NCBI GenBank assembly: GCA_963742075.1
Contig: CAVUKR010000002.1
Location: 8,057 to 72,056, forward strand
Direction of reading: 5' to 3'
Length of the DNA: 64,000 bases
Origin: an uncultured Chloroflexia bacterium
GTDB taxonomy: Bacteria; Chloroflexota; Limnocylindria; Limnocylindrales; CSP1-4
Part shown: one piece after another, positions 46,737 to 56,197 of the stretch
Position numbering within the stretch: position 1 is the stretch's first letter
Layout of the letters: the number at the start of each line of letters is the position of its first letter
Made by a program: the position numbers and the translations under genes
The notes under the pieces: model-generated
Databases searched by the model: none
Seen by the model: only the letters and a program-made list of their open reading frames with translations
What the model was told of the DNA's origin: nothing

Positions 46737-47645
46737 TCAGGCGACCGCGTCGGCTTCGATGGCCGGCGCCGCGACCGAGCGCTCGCCGGGCGCCGCCGAC
46801 CGCTGGAGGATCACCGCCGCCCCGAGGATCGCCACGCCGCCGAGCACCTGGATCGGGGCGAGGGCCTCGCCCAGCAGGACCGCCGCCAGGGCGACCCCGA
46901 CGACCGGCTCGAACAGCATCAGGATCCCCGCCCGCGTCCCGCCGACCAGCCGGATCCCGGTCAGGAACATGCTCGACGGGATCGCCGCCGCGAACAGCCC
47001 CGTGAACGCGAGCAGGGGCAGGACAGAAGGATCGCGCAGGGGGTAGGTCAGGGTCGCGCCCGTCCCCGTCAGGATCCCGACCACGAGGCTGCAGCCGACC
47101 GTCGTCGCGAGGATGACGGCCATCGCCTGGCTGGCCGGCACGCCCCGGTAGCCGGTCCGGCTGACGACGACGAAGACCGTCTGGCTGAGCGCCGCGCCGA
47201 GCGCCAGCCCGAAGCCGATGGCATCGAACCGGATCCCGGCCGCCGGGTCGAGCTGCGAGGCGACGACCGCGATCATCCCGGCGACCGCCAGGGCGAGGGC
47301 GACGACCCGTGGCCGGTCGAGCGACTCGCGCCCGGACGCGACGTTGACCAGCGCGACCATCACCGGATAGGTGTAGAAGCCGAGCAGCGCCAGGGCGACC
47401 GTGACGAGGTCGAATGCGATGAACATGGCGAGGTTCAGGGTGAAGCCCATCAGGGCCGCGATCGCCAGGCTGATCCGTGCCCCGCGATCGAGGTCAGCCA
47501 GTCGCGTCAGCCGCTCCGATCCACGCCGGATCCGCCAGGCGACGAAGGCCGCGGTGGCCAGCAGGCCGATCCCGCCGCGCCAGGCCACGAACGCGAGCGG
47601 CGCCATCCCCGCCTCATAGGCGAAGCGAGACAGCGGCCCGAGCAT
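46737..47645 (-). CDS. EamA/DMT-family transporter
   Basis: About 10 predicted TM helices with the duplicated EamA pattern. Its stop lies 3 nt before the response-regulator start. Confidence 0.75.
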   Translation of the reverse strand: MLGPLSRFAYEAGMAPLAFVAWRGGIGLLATAAFVAWRIRRGSERLTRLADLDRGARISLAIAALMGFTLNLAMFIAFDLVTVALALLGFYTYPVMVALVNVASGRESLDRPRVVALALAVAGMIAVVASQLDPAAGIRFDAIGFGLALGAALSQTVFVVVSRTGYRGVPASQAMAVILATTVGCSLVVGILTGTGATLTYPLRDPSVLPLLAFTGLFAAAIPSSMFLTGIRLVGGTRAGILMLFEPVVGVALAAVLLGEALAPIQVLGGVAILGAAVILQRSAAPGERSVAAPAIEADAVA

Positions 47646-47781
47646 CCCGAACAGCGAGGCCGCGACGATGACGATCAGGAAGCCCGTGACGGGCGGGCGG
47701 CTGGCGGAGGCCGGCGGCGGTCGGGATCGGTTCGGGCGGCGGCATCCCGGCCATGGTAGGTCCGGCGAGCCGTCGCGGGCG

Positions 47782-48894
47782 TCAGCCTCGGGCCGCCTCC
47801 GCCGCGGCGCGCTCGTCGACGGCTTCCTCGGCTGCGGCCGCCAGCTGTTCGGCCCCGGCCGGTTCCTGCCGCGCCCGCCCCAGGGCGATCGAGGTGAACG
47901 GCACGCGGATCTGGTGGAACACCTCGATCGAGACGAGGAACCCCGCGAACAGGAACAGGACGCCGAGGAACTTGCCGAGCTGGAACCACTCGGTCATCCC
48001 GAACCGGTTGAGCGTGTCGCCGAGGGTCGCCACGAATGCCCCGATGGCGATCAGGATCGTGGCCGGGACGCGGCTGTGGAGCCTGCCGGCGACCAGCGCC
48101 CGGGCCGCGCCGGGCAGCGAGGCGACCAGGTTGACCGGGATCGCGACGGCGCTGATGGCGAGGTTGAACAGGAACTCGTCGCCGGGCTGGTTGGGGTCGA
48201 GCGAGTACGCCAGCACGCGCCGCTTGGGCATGAACACATAGGTGGAGAAGATCGCGCCGAGGATCAGGGCGAAGGCGCCGGTGATGTTGAGGAACGGCGT
48301 CAGCAGCCGGAGCTGCGCCGGGAAGAGCGTTGCGACCGGGGCGCCCGTCGTCGGGTCGACCGCGTAGCCCGGCGCCGCCAGCGTCGTCGTCGCCATCAGG
48401 ACGAGGCTCAGGATGGTGGCGCCGACCACGGCCGCCGCGGCCAGCAGCGGCCACCGCTCGTTCGCGAAGTAGGTCTCGACCGCGACCGCGAGCGCGAGCA
48501 CGCCGGCGACGATGAAGTACAGGAGCGGCAGGGTGCCGGCCCCCGCGTATTCGGGCTTGTTGCGCAGAAGGAAGGTGAACAGCCCGGCCAGGAACAGGCA
48601 CAGGGCGAAGCTGTAGCCGAACCGCGTCCGTCCGAGCAGGAAGGTCGTCCCCAGCCCGAGCCAGCCGGCTGTCCAGACCGCGCCCGTCAGGTACCAGGTC
48701 CGATAGAGGGTCTCGTTCCAGCCGCCCGCCGCCGCGATCGCCTCGCACCCCGCGCCGACGCCGTAGAAGACCATCCCGAGCGTCCAGATGAGCTGGAAGC
48801 CGCCACGCCGGTCGCGCCACTGGTCGAACAGCGCCACGGCGAAGACGAGCGCCAGGATCGAGGTCAGGGCGGGGAGGACGACCGCCGGGTTCAT
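47782..48894 (-). CDS. hypothetical polytopic membrane protein
   Basis: 370 aa with about 10 hydrophobic segments. The ATG overlaps the stop of the upstream HTH gene (ATGA). No family recognised. Confidence 0.6.
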   Translation of the reverse strand: MNPAVVLPALTSILALVFAVALFDQWRDRRGGFQLIWTLGMVFYGVGAGCEAIAAAGGWNETLYRTWYLTGAVWTAGWLGLGTTFLLGRTRFGYSFALCLFLAGLFTFLLRNKPEYAGAGTLPLLYFIVAGVLALAVAVETYFANERWPLLAAAAVVGATILSLVLMATTTLAAPGYAVDPTTGAPVATLFPAQLRLLTPFLNITGAFALILGAIFSTYVFMPKRRVLAYSLDPNQPGDEFLFNLAISAVAIPVNLVASLPGAARALVAGRLHSRVPATILIAIGAFVATLGDTLNRFGMTEWFQLGKFLGVLFLFAGFLVSIEVFHQIRVPFTSIALGRARQEPAGAEQLAAAAEEAVDERAAAEAARG

Positions 48895-49619
48895 GCGACG
48901 CCGCTCGCGTCCTGGAACGTCGAGATCAGCCGCAGGAGGAGCCGATCGAGCAGCCCCGACGCGTCGTCGTAGAGGGCCGCCAGTCGCGAGGCGTCGAGCG
49001 CACGGCGGCGCCCGAGCCCGGTCAGCGCGTCGAGGAACGGCCGCCTCGCCGCGACGAACAACCCGACCGCCTCGGTCAGGCTGGTGTCGGTGGCCGCGAG
49101 CCGTCGCGCCAGGTCGTCCACGAGGGCCGCGGCCGCAGCCTCGGAGCGCGCGCGGCCGGCGTCGTCGGCGGGGTCGGCATCGAGGTGGGCGACCAGCGCC
49201 TCGACCAGGAGACGGCCGTCGCGCCGGAAGCGCTGGCGGGCGTCATCGTCGTCGGGCGAGACCTGGTGCGCCGCGTTGTCGGGCGTGTAGCTGCGCCGGT
49301 AGGCCCGGTTGAGCCGCTCGGGGCTGGCGCCGAGGCTGGCCAGCGGCCGGCTCCCGGTCCGACGGCTCGCGACCAGCGCGTCGATCGTCGTGCGGTCGAA
49401 GCGGCGATGGCCACCCGGCGTGACGTAGGCCTCGATCCGGCCTTCGTCCGCCCAGCGGCGGAGCGTGTCGGGATCGACCCCGACCAGTCGGCTGGCGGGC
49501 CCGAGGGAGAGCCACAAAGGCGCGGCGGTCGCTGTGTCTGCCAAGTGACGCCTCGGTCCGGGAGGTGGCCGACGGGTCGAGCGTGCGTGGGGGGATACGC
49601 GCGTTCGACCCGTCGACAC
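48891..49619 (-). CDS. MerR-superfamily / excisionase-type HTH protein with helical C-terminal domain
   Basis: LSLGPASRLVGVDPDTLRRWADEGRIEAYVTPGGHRRF. The start is uncertain: GTG 49619 or an internal TTG. Confidence 0.6.
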   Translation of the reverse strand: MSTGRTRVSPHARSTRRPPPGPRRHLADTATAAPLWLSLGPASRLVGVDPDTLRRWADEGRIEAYVTPGGHRRFDRTTIDALVASRRTGSRPLASLGASPERLNRAYRRSYTPDNAAHQVSPDDDDARQRFRRDGRLLVEALVAHLDADPADDAGRARSEAAAAALVDDLARRLAATDTSLTEAVGLFVAARRPFLDALTGLGRRRALDASRLAALYDDASGLLDRLLLRLISTFQDASGVA

Positions 49620-49625
49620 GTGAAA

Positions 49626-49651
49626 GGGGATGGCGAACGGGGATGGTGAAC
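49626..49651. repeat. Tandem 13-nt direct repeat GGGGATGG(C/T)GAAC x2 just upstream of the HTH gene
   Basis: ggggatggcgaac followed by ggggatggtgaac, then a local AT-richer stretch (gaatctaggtgaatcttggtatgac). On the minus strand this stretch contains a TAGATT -10-like box. Confidence 0.5.
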
Positions 49652-49778
49652 GGAATCTAGGTGAATCTTGGTATGACCGGAAACGCTCGGGTCGCGGGCA
49701 GGATAGGGGGAGCGCGATGGACGTGTCAATCCGCCGATCCGACCGGCGCCGCGCGCCCGCCGATGCCGCTCTGGCCGC

Positions 49779-50858
49779 TCAGGCGGGGACGAACTCGTGG
49801 TCGTCGCGATGGATCCCGTCACACAGGCCCCAGCCGGGCGGGTCGGTCGGGATCCGGACCGGGCGCATGATCTCGCGGACCTCGCCGCGCCGGCAGAACA
49901 GGAAGCCCTTCTCGGCCATCCACCGCCGCACGTGGCTCGGGTCGGGGTGGAACTGGAACGGGCCCGGGTTGATCGCCGGGCGTTCGGTCCAGGCGACCGG
50001 CGACTCGGCCGCGACGATGTCGAGGAGGTTCACCCGCCACGGCGTCCCGTCGATCGCCTCGAGGCAGCCGTCGCAGCGCGACGCGACGTTGTCCCTGACG
50101 ATCGTCCGGATCTGGATGCCCATGATCTCCATCGCGATCGATGGTAGCAGGGGGGCCATCGGCGGCACGCGGGCCGCCGCGCGAGCGCCTATGTCGTAGA
50201 CGGCGTCCGGGCCCTCACCGCCGGGGACGTCGAACATGAAGACGATCACGACGACGGCCATCAGGAGGAGCGTGACCGTGCCGCTGACGAGGAATGCGGC
50301 CAGGAGCGCGACGAGCCAGATCACCGGACCGAAGGCGGCGACGCGGAGCCACGTCCGCAGGAGTGACGCCGGGACTGTGGGCTTGATCAGGCGCCTCCCG
50401 TGTGCGGCGTAGCGGAGCAGGATGTTGGCCAGGATCGAGAGACACAGCTGCACGCACACGAAGATGACGATCGCGACCTGGTCCCGCCCGTTATCACGGC
50501 CGATGTACTCGGCGAGCAGTGCCGTCGCGAAGGGCACGGCCGCGATGACCATCAGGAACAGGAGACCCAGGACGAGGAACCAGTGGTCGACGCCACGCAT
50601 CATGCCCAGGGTCCGGTTGGTCGACAGCCAGTACTCGCCCAGGAGGAGGAAGCCGAGGACGTAGGCGGAATAGCGGGGCAGCTGCTCCGAAAGTGCCTTG
50701 ATGAGGGCCGACCCGCTGTCGATCGATCCGGCGTCGGGGACCCGGATGTCGAGCACGAGCAGGGTCACGGCGATCGCGAAGACGCCGTTCAGGAAGGCCT
50801 CCCAGCCGCGCAGGTCCATCAACGGCTTGGAGCTGATCCCTGCCATGCCTCCGTCCAT
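49779..50858 (-). CDS. TMEM175/DUF1211-like cation channel domain with an in-frame C-terminal region of about 130 aa and unknown function
   Basis: The N-terminal signature RGWEAFLNGVFAIAVTLLVLD plus 6 TM segments covers about 215 aa. It continues without a stop into MEIMGIQIRTIVRDNVASRCDGC...FHPDPSHVRRWMAEKGFLFCRRG. Confidence 0.6.
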   Translation of the reverse strand: MDGGMAGISSKPLMDLRGWEAFLNGVFAIAVTLLVLDIRVPDAGSIDSGSALIKALSEQLPRYSAYVLGFLLLGEYWLSTNRTLGMMRGVDHWFLVLGLLFLMVIAAVPFATALLAEYIGRDNGRDQVAIVIFVCVQLCLSILANILLRYAAHGRRLIKPTVPASLLRTWLRVAAFGPVIWLVALLAAFLVSGTVTLLLMAVVVIVFMFDVPGGEGPDAVYDIGARAAARVPPMAPLLPSIAMEIMGIQIRTIVRDNVASRCDGCLEAIDGTPWRVNLLDIVAAESPVAWTERPAINPGPFQFHPDPSHVRRWMAEKGFLFCRRGEVREIMRPVRIPTDPPGWGLCDGIHRDDHEFVPA

Positions 50859-50958
50859 CCGACGACCTTACCCCGCCCGGACCGCCGATGGCGAGGGATG
50901 GGAGCCTGGCGCTGGAACGCAGCGGAGTGAGCGGCGCGCTGAGCGGGAGGGCAGAGAG

Positions 50959-50995
50959 ACGCCCGGAGGGCCTTGGGGGCCGTTCCTCCGGGCGT
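50959..50995 (-). terminator. Strong hairpin downstream of tRNA-Glu
   Basis: acgcccggagg-15 nt-cctccgggcgt gives a perfect 11-bp stem about 150 nt past the tRNA 3' end. No U-tract. Confidence 0.3.
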
Positions 50996-51148
50996 GGATG
51001 TGGACTGGGTCCACAGTACTCCGGTCGATCACCCGCCGCCCACTAGGACGAACGCCCTATCCCGAAGACGAATGTCAGCGTGACCGGCAGCCGGACGTGA
51101 TCGCGTGGGACGCGCGCGGCGAGGCTCTTCTTCGAAGATCGGCGGGAG

Positions 51149-51222
51149 TGCCCCCAAGGGGATTCGAACCCCTGATCTCCACCTTGAAAGGGTGGCGTCC
51201 TAGGCCTCTAGACGATGGGGGC
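51149..51222 (-). tRNA. tRNA-Glu (anticodon UUC)
   Basis: The reverse complement is GCCCCCATCGTCTAGAGGCCTAGGACGCCACCCTTTCAAGGTGGAGATCAGGGGTTCGAATCCCCTTGGGGGCA. It folds with a 7-bp acceptor stem, a D-arm, the anticodon stem CCACC/GGTGG with loop CTTTCAA, and the T-arm AGGGG-TTCGAAT-CCCCT. CCA is not encoded. Confidence 0.93.
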
Positions 51223-51263
51223 AAGGACCGGCCGGAGTCTACCAGAGGGGTCGGTCCGGACCC

Positions 51264-51641
51264 TCAGTTGACCGGCGGCTGCTGCGACAGCAGGAACAGG
51301 ATGATCGCCCCGGAGATGCAGCCGGCCCCGATCATCGCCGCGATCCCGCCGCCGATGCCGAGCGCCAGCGCCCGGCCGTCGCGAGCCGCGATCCCGGCGC
51401 GCCAGGTGGCGCGCAGCATGTAGGCCGCCAGCGCGATGAAGACGATCCCCAGCACGATCCCGCCGGCCGCGAGGAGCGGGATCTGCGAGGGGTCCCGCAC
51501 GGTGATCGCATACAGCACGAAGACGAGCGACCCGATCAGGGCGACCGCCAGGAACACGACCCCGGGCGACACGCGCCGCCGTCGTGAGCCGCCCGAGCTG
51601 CCGGAGCCGCCCGACCCGGCTGGCCTCGTCGTCCCGCTCAT
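51264..51641 (-). CDS. small hypothetical membrane protein (3 TM segments)
   Basis: ATG at 51641 overlaps the upstream stop. A Gly/Ser-rich basic N-terminus is followed by three hydrophobic helices. Confidence 0.55.
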   Translation of the reverse strand: MSGTTRPAGSGGSGSSGGSRRRRVSPGVVFLAVALIGSLVFVLYAITVRDPSQIPLLAAGGIVLGIVFIALAAYMLRATWRAGIAARDGRALALGIGGGIAAMIGAGCISGAIILFLLSQQPPVN

Positions 51642-52270
51642 CGATCCACCTCGAACGAACGGTGGTACACGGCCAGGTTGTACGACAGCCTCGGCCGCTT
51701 CATGCCGGCCGCCACCCCGCGCCCGACCGCCCCGAACGCCGCGTCGAGGAACGCACCCGCCTCCTCGACCGACTCGAATGTCCAGAAGCAGTGGACGATA
51801 CGGACCTTGAACCCGCCATTGAGGAAGGGCCCATCGCGACGGCTCCATAGCCCGTATTCGGGGAGGTCGCCGCGCAGACGCGAGACGTCGTCGCGGCCGT
51901 AGTCGTGCAGGACCAGCAGCCGGCCGCCGGGTCGCAGGACACGGCCTGCCTCGGCCTCGTCGTGCGCCATCCCGTTACGGAACGACGACCAGAGGCTGAT
52001 CACGATGTCGGTCGAGGCGTCGGGTGCGTCGAAGCCGGCCGGTCCGTCCGTCGCCGCGAACGTGACCCGCCCGCCGAGCTCGGCGAGTTGTCGAGCGCGG
52101 ATCCCGTCGGCGCCATCGAGCAACAGCACGTCGCGTCCCCCGACGGGACCGAGTGCCTCGAGCGTCCTTGGGATCTTCGCCTCGACATCGAGGAACCGGG
52201 CCAGCTGCTCGGTGAGCCCGGCTCCGAGGTCGATCGGTAGATCTGCCACAGAACGTGGAGTATGCCCCAA
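51638..52270 (-). CDS. SAM-dependent methyltransferase-like protein
   Basis: VLLLDGADG (motif I-like) and LRPGGRLLVLHD. The start is TTG 52270 or GTG 52250. Confidence 0.6.
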   Translation of the reverse strand: MGHTPRSVADLPIDLGAGLTEQLARFLDVEAKIPRTLEALGPVGGRDVLLLDGADGIRARQLAELGGRVTFAATDGPAGFDAPDASTDIVISLWSSFRNGMAHDEAEAGRVLRPGGRLLVLHDYGRDDVSRLRGDLPEYGLWSRRDGPFLNGGFKVRIVHCFWTFESVEEAGAFLDAAFGAVGRGVAAGMKRPRLSYNLAVYHRSFEVDR

Positions 52271-52323
52271 ATCCCCCGACCGCCTGCCGGCTTCTCAGAA
52301 ATCGACCGATCCGCTCCCGCGCC

Positions 52324-53826
52324 TCAGACGATGCGGAGCACCGCCCCGGTGCGCGGCTCGAGCTCGATCGTCGCGTTGCCGTCGACGATCCGCGCCTCGG
52401 CAGGCCGAGCGAACCCGGGCAGCTCGATCGCGGCGAGGTGACCCCCGGCGCCGCCCGGCGCATCGGCGAACCGGAGCGCCAGCCGGATCGCGGCATCGCC
52501 CGCATTGACCGCCACGACGAACCGCGACACCCCGGTGCCACGCTCGAAGGCGACCGCCGGCCCCTTCGCCCCGACGACCCGGACCGAGGCGTGGCGCAGT
52601 GCCGGTTCCGCCGAGCGCAGGGCCAGGAGCGCCTGGACGGACTCGCGCAGCCCGGGCTCCCAGCGCGTCTCGTCCCACGGGAACGCGCCGCGGTTGGCCG
52701 GGTCGTTCGCCCCGACGAGACCGATCTCGTCGCCGTAGTAGAGGCACGGGGCGCCGGGGAGCACGGTCTGGAGGAGGATCGCCAGCCGGACCGCGGCCAC
52801 GTCGCCGCCCAGCACGGTCCGGAGGCGCGGCGTGTCGTGCGACCCGAGGAGGTTGAGCTGGACGGCCGTGACGTCCGGGTCGTAGGCCGAGACGAGCTCC
52901 GTGACCCGCGCGGCGAACGCGGGCCCGTCGGTCGGGCGCACGTGGAGGCGGTACTGGTCGTGGCCACGGACGACCGCCATGTCGAGTCGCGACCCGCCGG
53001 CGAACCCGAGGATCGCCTCGCCGAGCGGGTAGTTCATCAGCCCGTCGAACCGGTCGCCGCGGACCCAATCGGGCGCGACCGCCCAGATCTCGCCGACGAG
53101 GTAGGCGTCGGGGTTGACCGCCCGGCAGCGTGTGCGGAACTCCTGCCAGAACGCCTCGTCGGCGATCTCCTCGGGGACGTCCAGCCGCCAGCCGTCGATG
53201 CCGAAGCGGAGCCAGTGCTCGGCGACCCCGAACAGGAACTCGCGGACCTCCGGGTCGTCGGTGTCGAGCTTCGGCAGGGCCGGCAGGCCCCACCACGCCT
53301 GGTAGCCGAGCGCCTTCGGCGGCGTCCCGGGCGGCGGGTAGGCGAGCAACGGCTGGCCGGCGTCGAGTCGCGCCTGGTCGAGCCGGAACCAGCCGCGATA
53401 CGGCGACGCCGCCCCGTTCTCGAGGATGTGGTGGAACGCCCAGAAGCCGCGCCCGGTGTGGTTGAAGACGCCGTCGAGCACGACCCGCATCCCGCGGTCG
53501 TGGGCCGCGTCGAGCAGGTCGCGCAGCGCATCGTCGCCACCGAGCAGCGGATCCACCGAGAAGTAGTCGTAGGTGTGGTACCGGTGGTTCGAGGCCGACG
53601 TGAAGATCGGGTTCAGGTAGAGCGCCGTGACGCCGAGGTCCCCGAGGTAGCCGAGCCGCTCCGCGACGCCGCGGAGGTCGCCGCCCTTGAACCCGTGGAA
53701 CGTCGGTGGCGCATCCCACGGCTCGAGCGTGCCGGGCTTGTGGACGCGCTCGCTGGCCGCGAACCTGTCGGGGAAGACCTGGTAGAAGATCGCGTCGCGG
53801 ACCCAGGCGGGGGTATCGACGCTCAT
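52324..53826 (-). CDS. GH13 alpha-amylase-family glycosidase (neopullulanase/alpha-glucosidase-like)
   Basis: ATG at 53826. GH13 regions DAIFYQVFPDRF, VVLDGVFNHTG, GWRLDVPEE, VGEIW and LLGSHDTPR. Confidence 0.85.
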   Translation of the reverse strand: MSVDTPAWVRDAIFYQVFPDRFAASERVHKPGTLEPWDAPPTFHGFKGGDLRGVAERLGYLGDLGVTALYLNPIFTSASNHRYHTYDYFSVDPLLGGDDALRDLLDAAHDRGMRVVLDGVFNHTGRGFWAFHHILENGAASPYRGWFRLDQARLDAGQPLLAYPPPGTPPKALGYQAWWGLPALPKLDTDDPEVREFLFGVAEHWLRFGIDGWRLDVPEEIADEAFWQEFRTRCRAVNPDAYLVGEIWAVAPDWVRGDRFDGLMNYPLGEAILGFAGGSRLDMAVVRGHDQYRLHVRPTDGPAFAARVTELVSAYDPDVTAVQLNLLGSHDTPRLRTVLGGDVAAVRLAILLQTVLPGAPCLYYGDEIGLVGANDPANRGAFPWDETRWEPGLRESVQALLALRSAEPALRHASVRVVGAKGPAVAFERGTGVSRFVVAVNAGDAAIRLALRFADAPGGAGGHLAAIELPGFARPAEARIVDGNATIELEPRTGAVLRIV

Positions 53827-53889
53827 CGGCCGGGGAGCGGCCGGTCGGGCGCCCCGGGCGCGGCGGCCGCCCCCAGCCGTCACGGCGGC

Positions 53890-54931
53890 ATGGACCGGAC
53901 CCGTCGAGGCGCGGACGACGAGGTGCGTCCCGAGGATCCGATGCTCCGGGGCGACGGCGGCCGCCCCGTCGATGGCGGCGAGGAGCAGCTCGATGGCCTC
54001 GCGGCCCTTGCGCGCGATCGGCTGGTGGACCGTGGTCAGGGCCGGGTCGAGATGGGCCGCGACCTCGATGTCGTCGAAGCCGACCACGCTGACATCGGCC
54101 GGCACCGACAGGCCGTGACGGCGGAGCGCCCCGATCGCCCCGATCGCCAGGACGTCGCTCATCGCCAGGATCCCGGTCGGGCGGAGGCCGGCGTCCCAGG
54201 CGCGATCGAGCGCGGTCGCTCCGCCGTCGATGGTGGCCGGGCCGACGACGACGCGATCGTCACCGAGCTCGACGCCGGCCGACCCGAGCACGTCCCGGTA
54301 CCCGGCCAGGCGGCGCGCCGTGACCCCCTCCGGATCGTGCGCTCCCGCGGGCTCCGGTGGCTCGACCCCGATGACCAGGATGTCGCGATGGCCGAGCTCG
54401 AGGAGATGCGCGGCGGCCGATCGCGCACCGCCCGCGGTCGTCGACCGCGATCGAGCTCCACTCGGGGAGCGCGGTCGAATCCACCAGCACGATCGGGACC
54501 CCGGCGCGGCGGATCTGGTCCACGTCCGGATGGTCGCCCGACAGCCCGATCGCGACCACGCCGTCGACCGTGGCGTGATGCATCGCACCGGCCAGCGACC
54601 CGCGCAACGGCGAGATGAACTGGAGGGCGTAGCCCGACGCCTCGGCGGCGGCGCCGACCCCGACCGCGAACATCCCGAAGAACGGGTTCGCGAAGACGAC
54701 CGAGAGCGGTTGCGGTGTCAGCAACCCGATCGTCAGGGTCTCGCCCTGGCTGAGCATCCGGGCGACCGGGTGCGGCGTGTAGCCGAGCCGCTCGGCGACC
54801 GCGCGGATCCGCTCGGCCGTGTCGGGGGCGAGGCGCTCCGGGCTGTTGAACGCGAACGAGACGGCGGTCTTGGAGACGCCCGCTGCGCGGGCGACGTCGT
54901 CGATCCGTGGCCGGACGGTGCGCGGCTCCAC
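53890..54931 (-). pseudogene. LacI-family transcriptional regulator; one frameshift near 54440 and no in-frame stop before the GH13 start
   Basis: GTG at 54931. HTH IDDVARAAGVSKTAVSFAFN (frame of ORF 54260..54931). Then GARSAAAHLLELGHRDILVIG...FDDIEVAAHLDPALTTVHQP...LVVRAST in the frame of the GH13 ORF. The 3' end is approximate. Confidence 0.75.
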
Positions 54932-55070
54932 GTGGCCCTCGGGCGTCCTCCGTAAACCGGTTTACCTCGGTGGCGCGACGGTACGAGCGGGTGGCGGCCG
55001 ATGTCAAGGTTCCGGAAGCCGCTGGCGTCCGGCGGTCGTATCGTCAACCCGTCACCGAGGAGGATGTCTG

Positions 55071-55634
55071 ATGCGCAGCGTGACCTATTCGATGGGCGTC
55101 TCGCTTGACGGCTACATCGTCGGGCCGGACGGCGGCTTCGACTGGACGGCGCCCGACAAGGAGGTCTTTCGCTTCTGGATCGACGAGATCCGAGAGGTCG
55201 GCGTCCACCTGATGGGACGACGGCTGTACGAGACGATGCTGTACTGGGAGACCGCCGACCAGGATCCATCGCTCGACGACGCAGAGATCGAGTGGGCCGC
55301 GCTGTGGAATCCGCTCCCGAAGGTGGTGTTCTCCACCACGCTGTCGGCGGTGCAGGGCACTGCCCGCCTGGCCTCCGGCGGCTTGGCGGAGGAGGTCGAG
55401 CGATCGCGAGCCGAGCCGGGGGACCGTGACATCGCGATCGGCGGCGCGACCCTCGCCGCCGAAGCGGCCGCGTTGGGTCTGATCGACGAGTACCGGGCCA
55501 TGGTCTACCCGGTGCTGGTCGGCGGTGGCATCCCGTACTTTCCGCGGCGCGAGCGCCGGGTGGATCTCGAACTCGTCGAGACCCGGACCTTCAGCTCGAG
55601 CGTCGTCTACCTCCGCTACCGGGTGGTGAGATAG
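55071..55634 (+). CDS. dihydrofolate-reductase-like (RibD C-terminal domain) family protein
   Basis: ATG at 55071 after GGAGGA. SMGVSLDGYIVGPDGGFDW...LMGRRLYE...IGGATLAAEAAALGLIDEYRAMVYPVLVGGG. Confidence 0.8.
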   Translation: MRSVTYSMGVSLDGYIVGPDGGFDWTAPDKEVFRFWIDEIREVGVHLMGRRLYETMLYWETADQDPSLDDAEIEWAALWNPLPKVVFSTTLSAVQGTARLASGGLAEEVERSRAEPGDRDIAIGGATLAAEAAALGLIDEYRAMVYPVLVGGGIPYFPRRERRVDLELVETRTFSSSVVYLRYRVVR

Positions 55635-55701
55635 CCGGCTCGTTTGCGAGCCGCCACGGTCGCCCGCGACCGACCGCACTCTCCGCTACGATGCATCCCC
55701 C

Positions 55702-56073
55702 ATGTTGACGCGTGTCCGCGAGATGCCCGGCGGCATCCGCCTGTTCCTCGTCTACGCCGCCCTGATCCTGGCCGGGATCGGGCTCAGCCTGCGCTCGGTG
55801 ATCGACACCGCGATCTCGACGCCGGTCAGCCTCGAGGGGATCATCGTCATGAGCCTGCTCGCCTACACCATCTTCACCACGACCCTGGTCCTCCAGCGCA
55901 AGCAGGCCGGCCGGGCGCTGGCGCTCGGTCTCGCCAGCCTCACGATCCCGCTCGTCCCGCTGCTGGCCTTGAGCCGGCTGATCGTCGAGGCCATCTTCGT
56001 GAGCGCGCTGGGCCTGCTGCTCTTCCGCGGGCTCCTCCGACCCGAGGTCCGCACGTACCTCAACGAGCCGTGA
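55702..56073 (+). CDS. small hypothetical membrane protein (4 TM segments)
   Basis: 123 aa, four hydrophobic helices, good GC3 bias. Confidence 0.5.
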   Translation: MLTRVREMPGGIRLFLVYAALILAGIGLSLRSVIDTAISTPVSLEGIIVMSLLAYTIFTTTLVLQRKQAGRALALGLASLTIPLVPLLALSRLIVEAIFVSALGLLLFRGLLRPEVRTYLNEP

Positions 56074-56197
56074 CGGACCGCGCGGGGCACGGATCGGCCG
56101 CGGGACGGTACCCTCAGCGGTGCGCGCAACCGCGCGGATGCCGCGCCCCGATCACCCGGACCCATCCGACCGTCCACCTGAACCACGAGGGCAACCC

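Noticed and set aside
39390-51222. Integrated element bounded by tRNA-Glu (51149-51222) and the T-arm-like sequence at about 39400, with an excisionase-type HTH gene at 48891-49619.
   Set aside because: The two sequences share only generic T-arm similarity and are not an exact att-type direct repeat. The interval contains core genes (folC, folP, folB, PASTA kinase, galU) and no integrase, and there is no visible compositional break.
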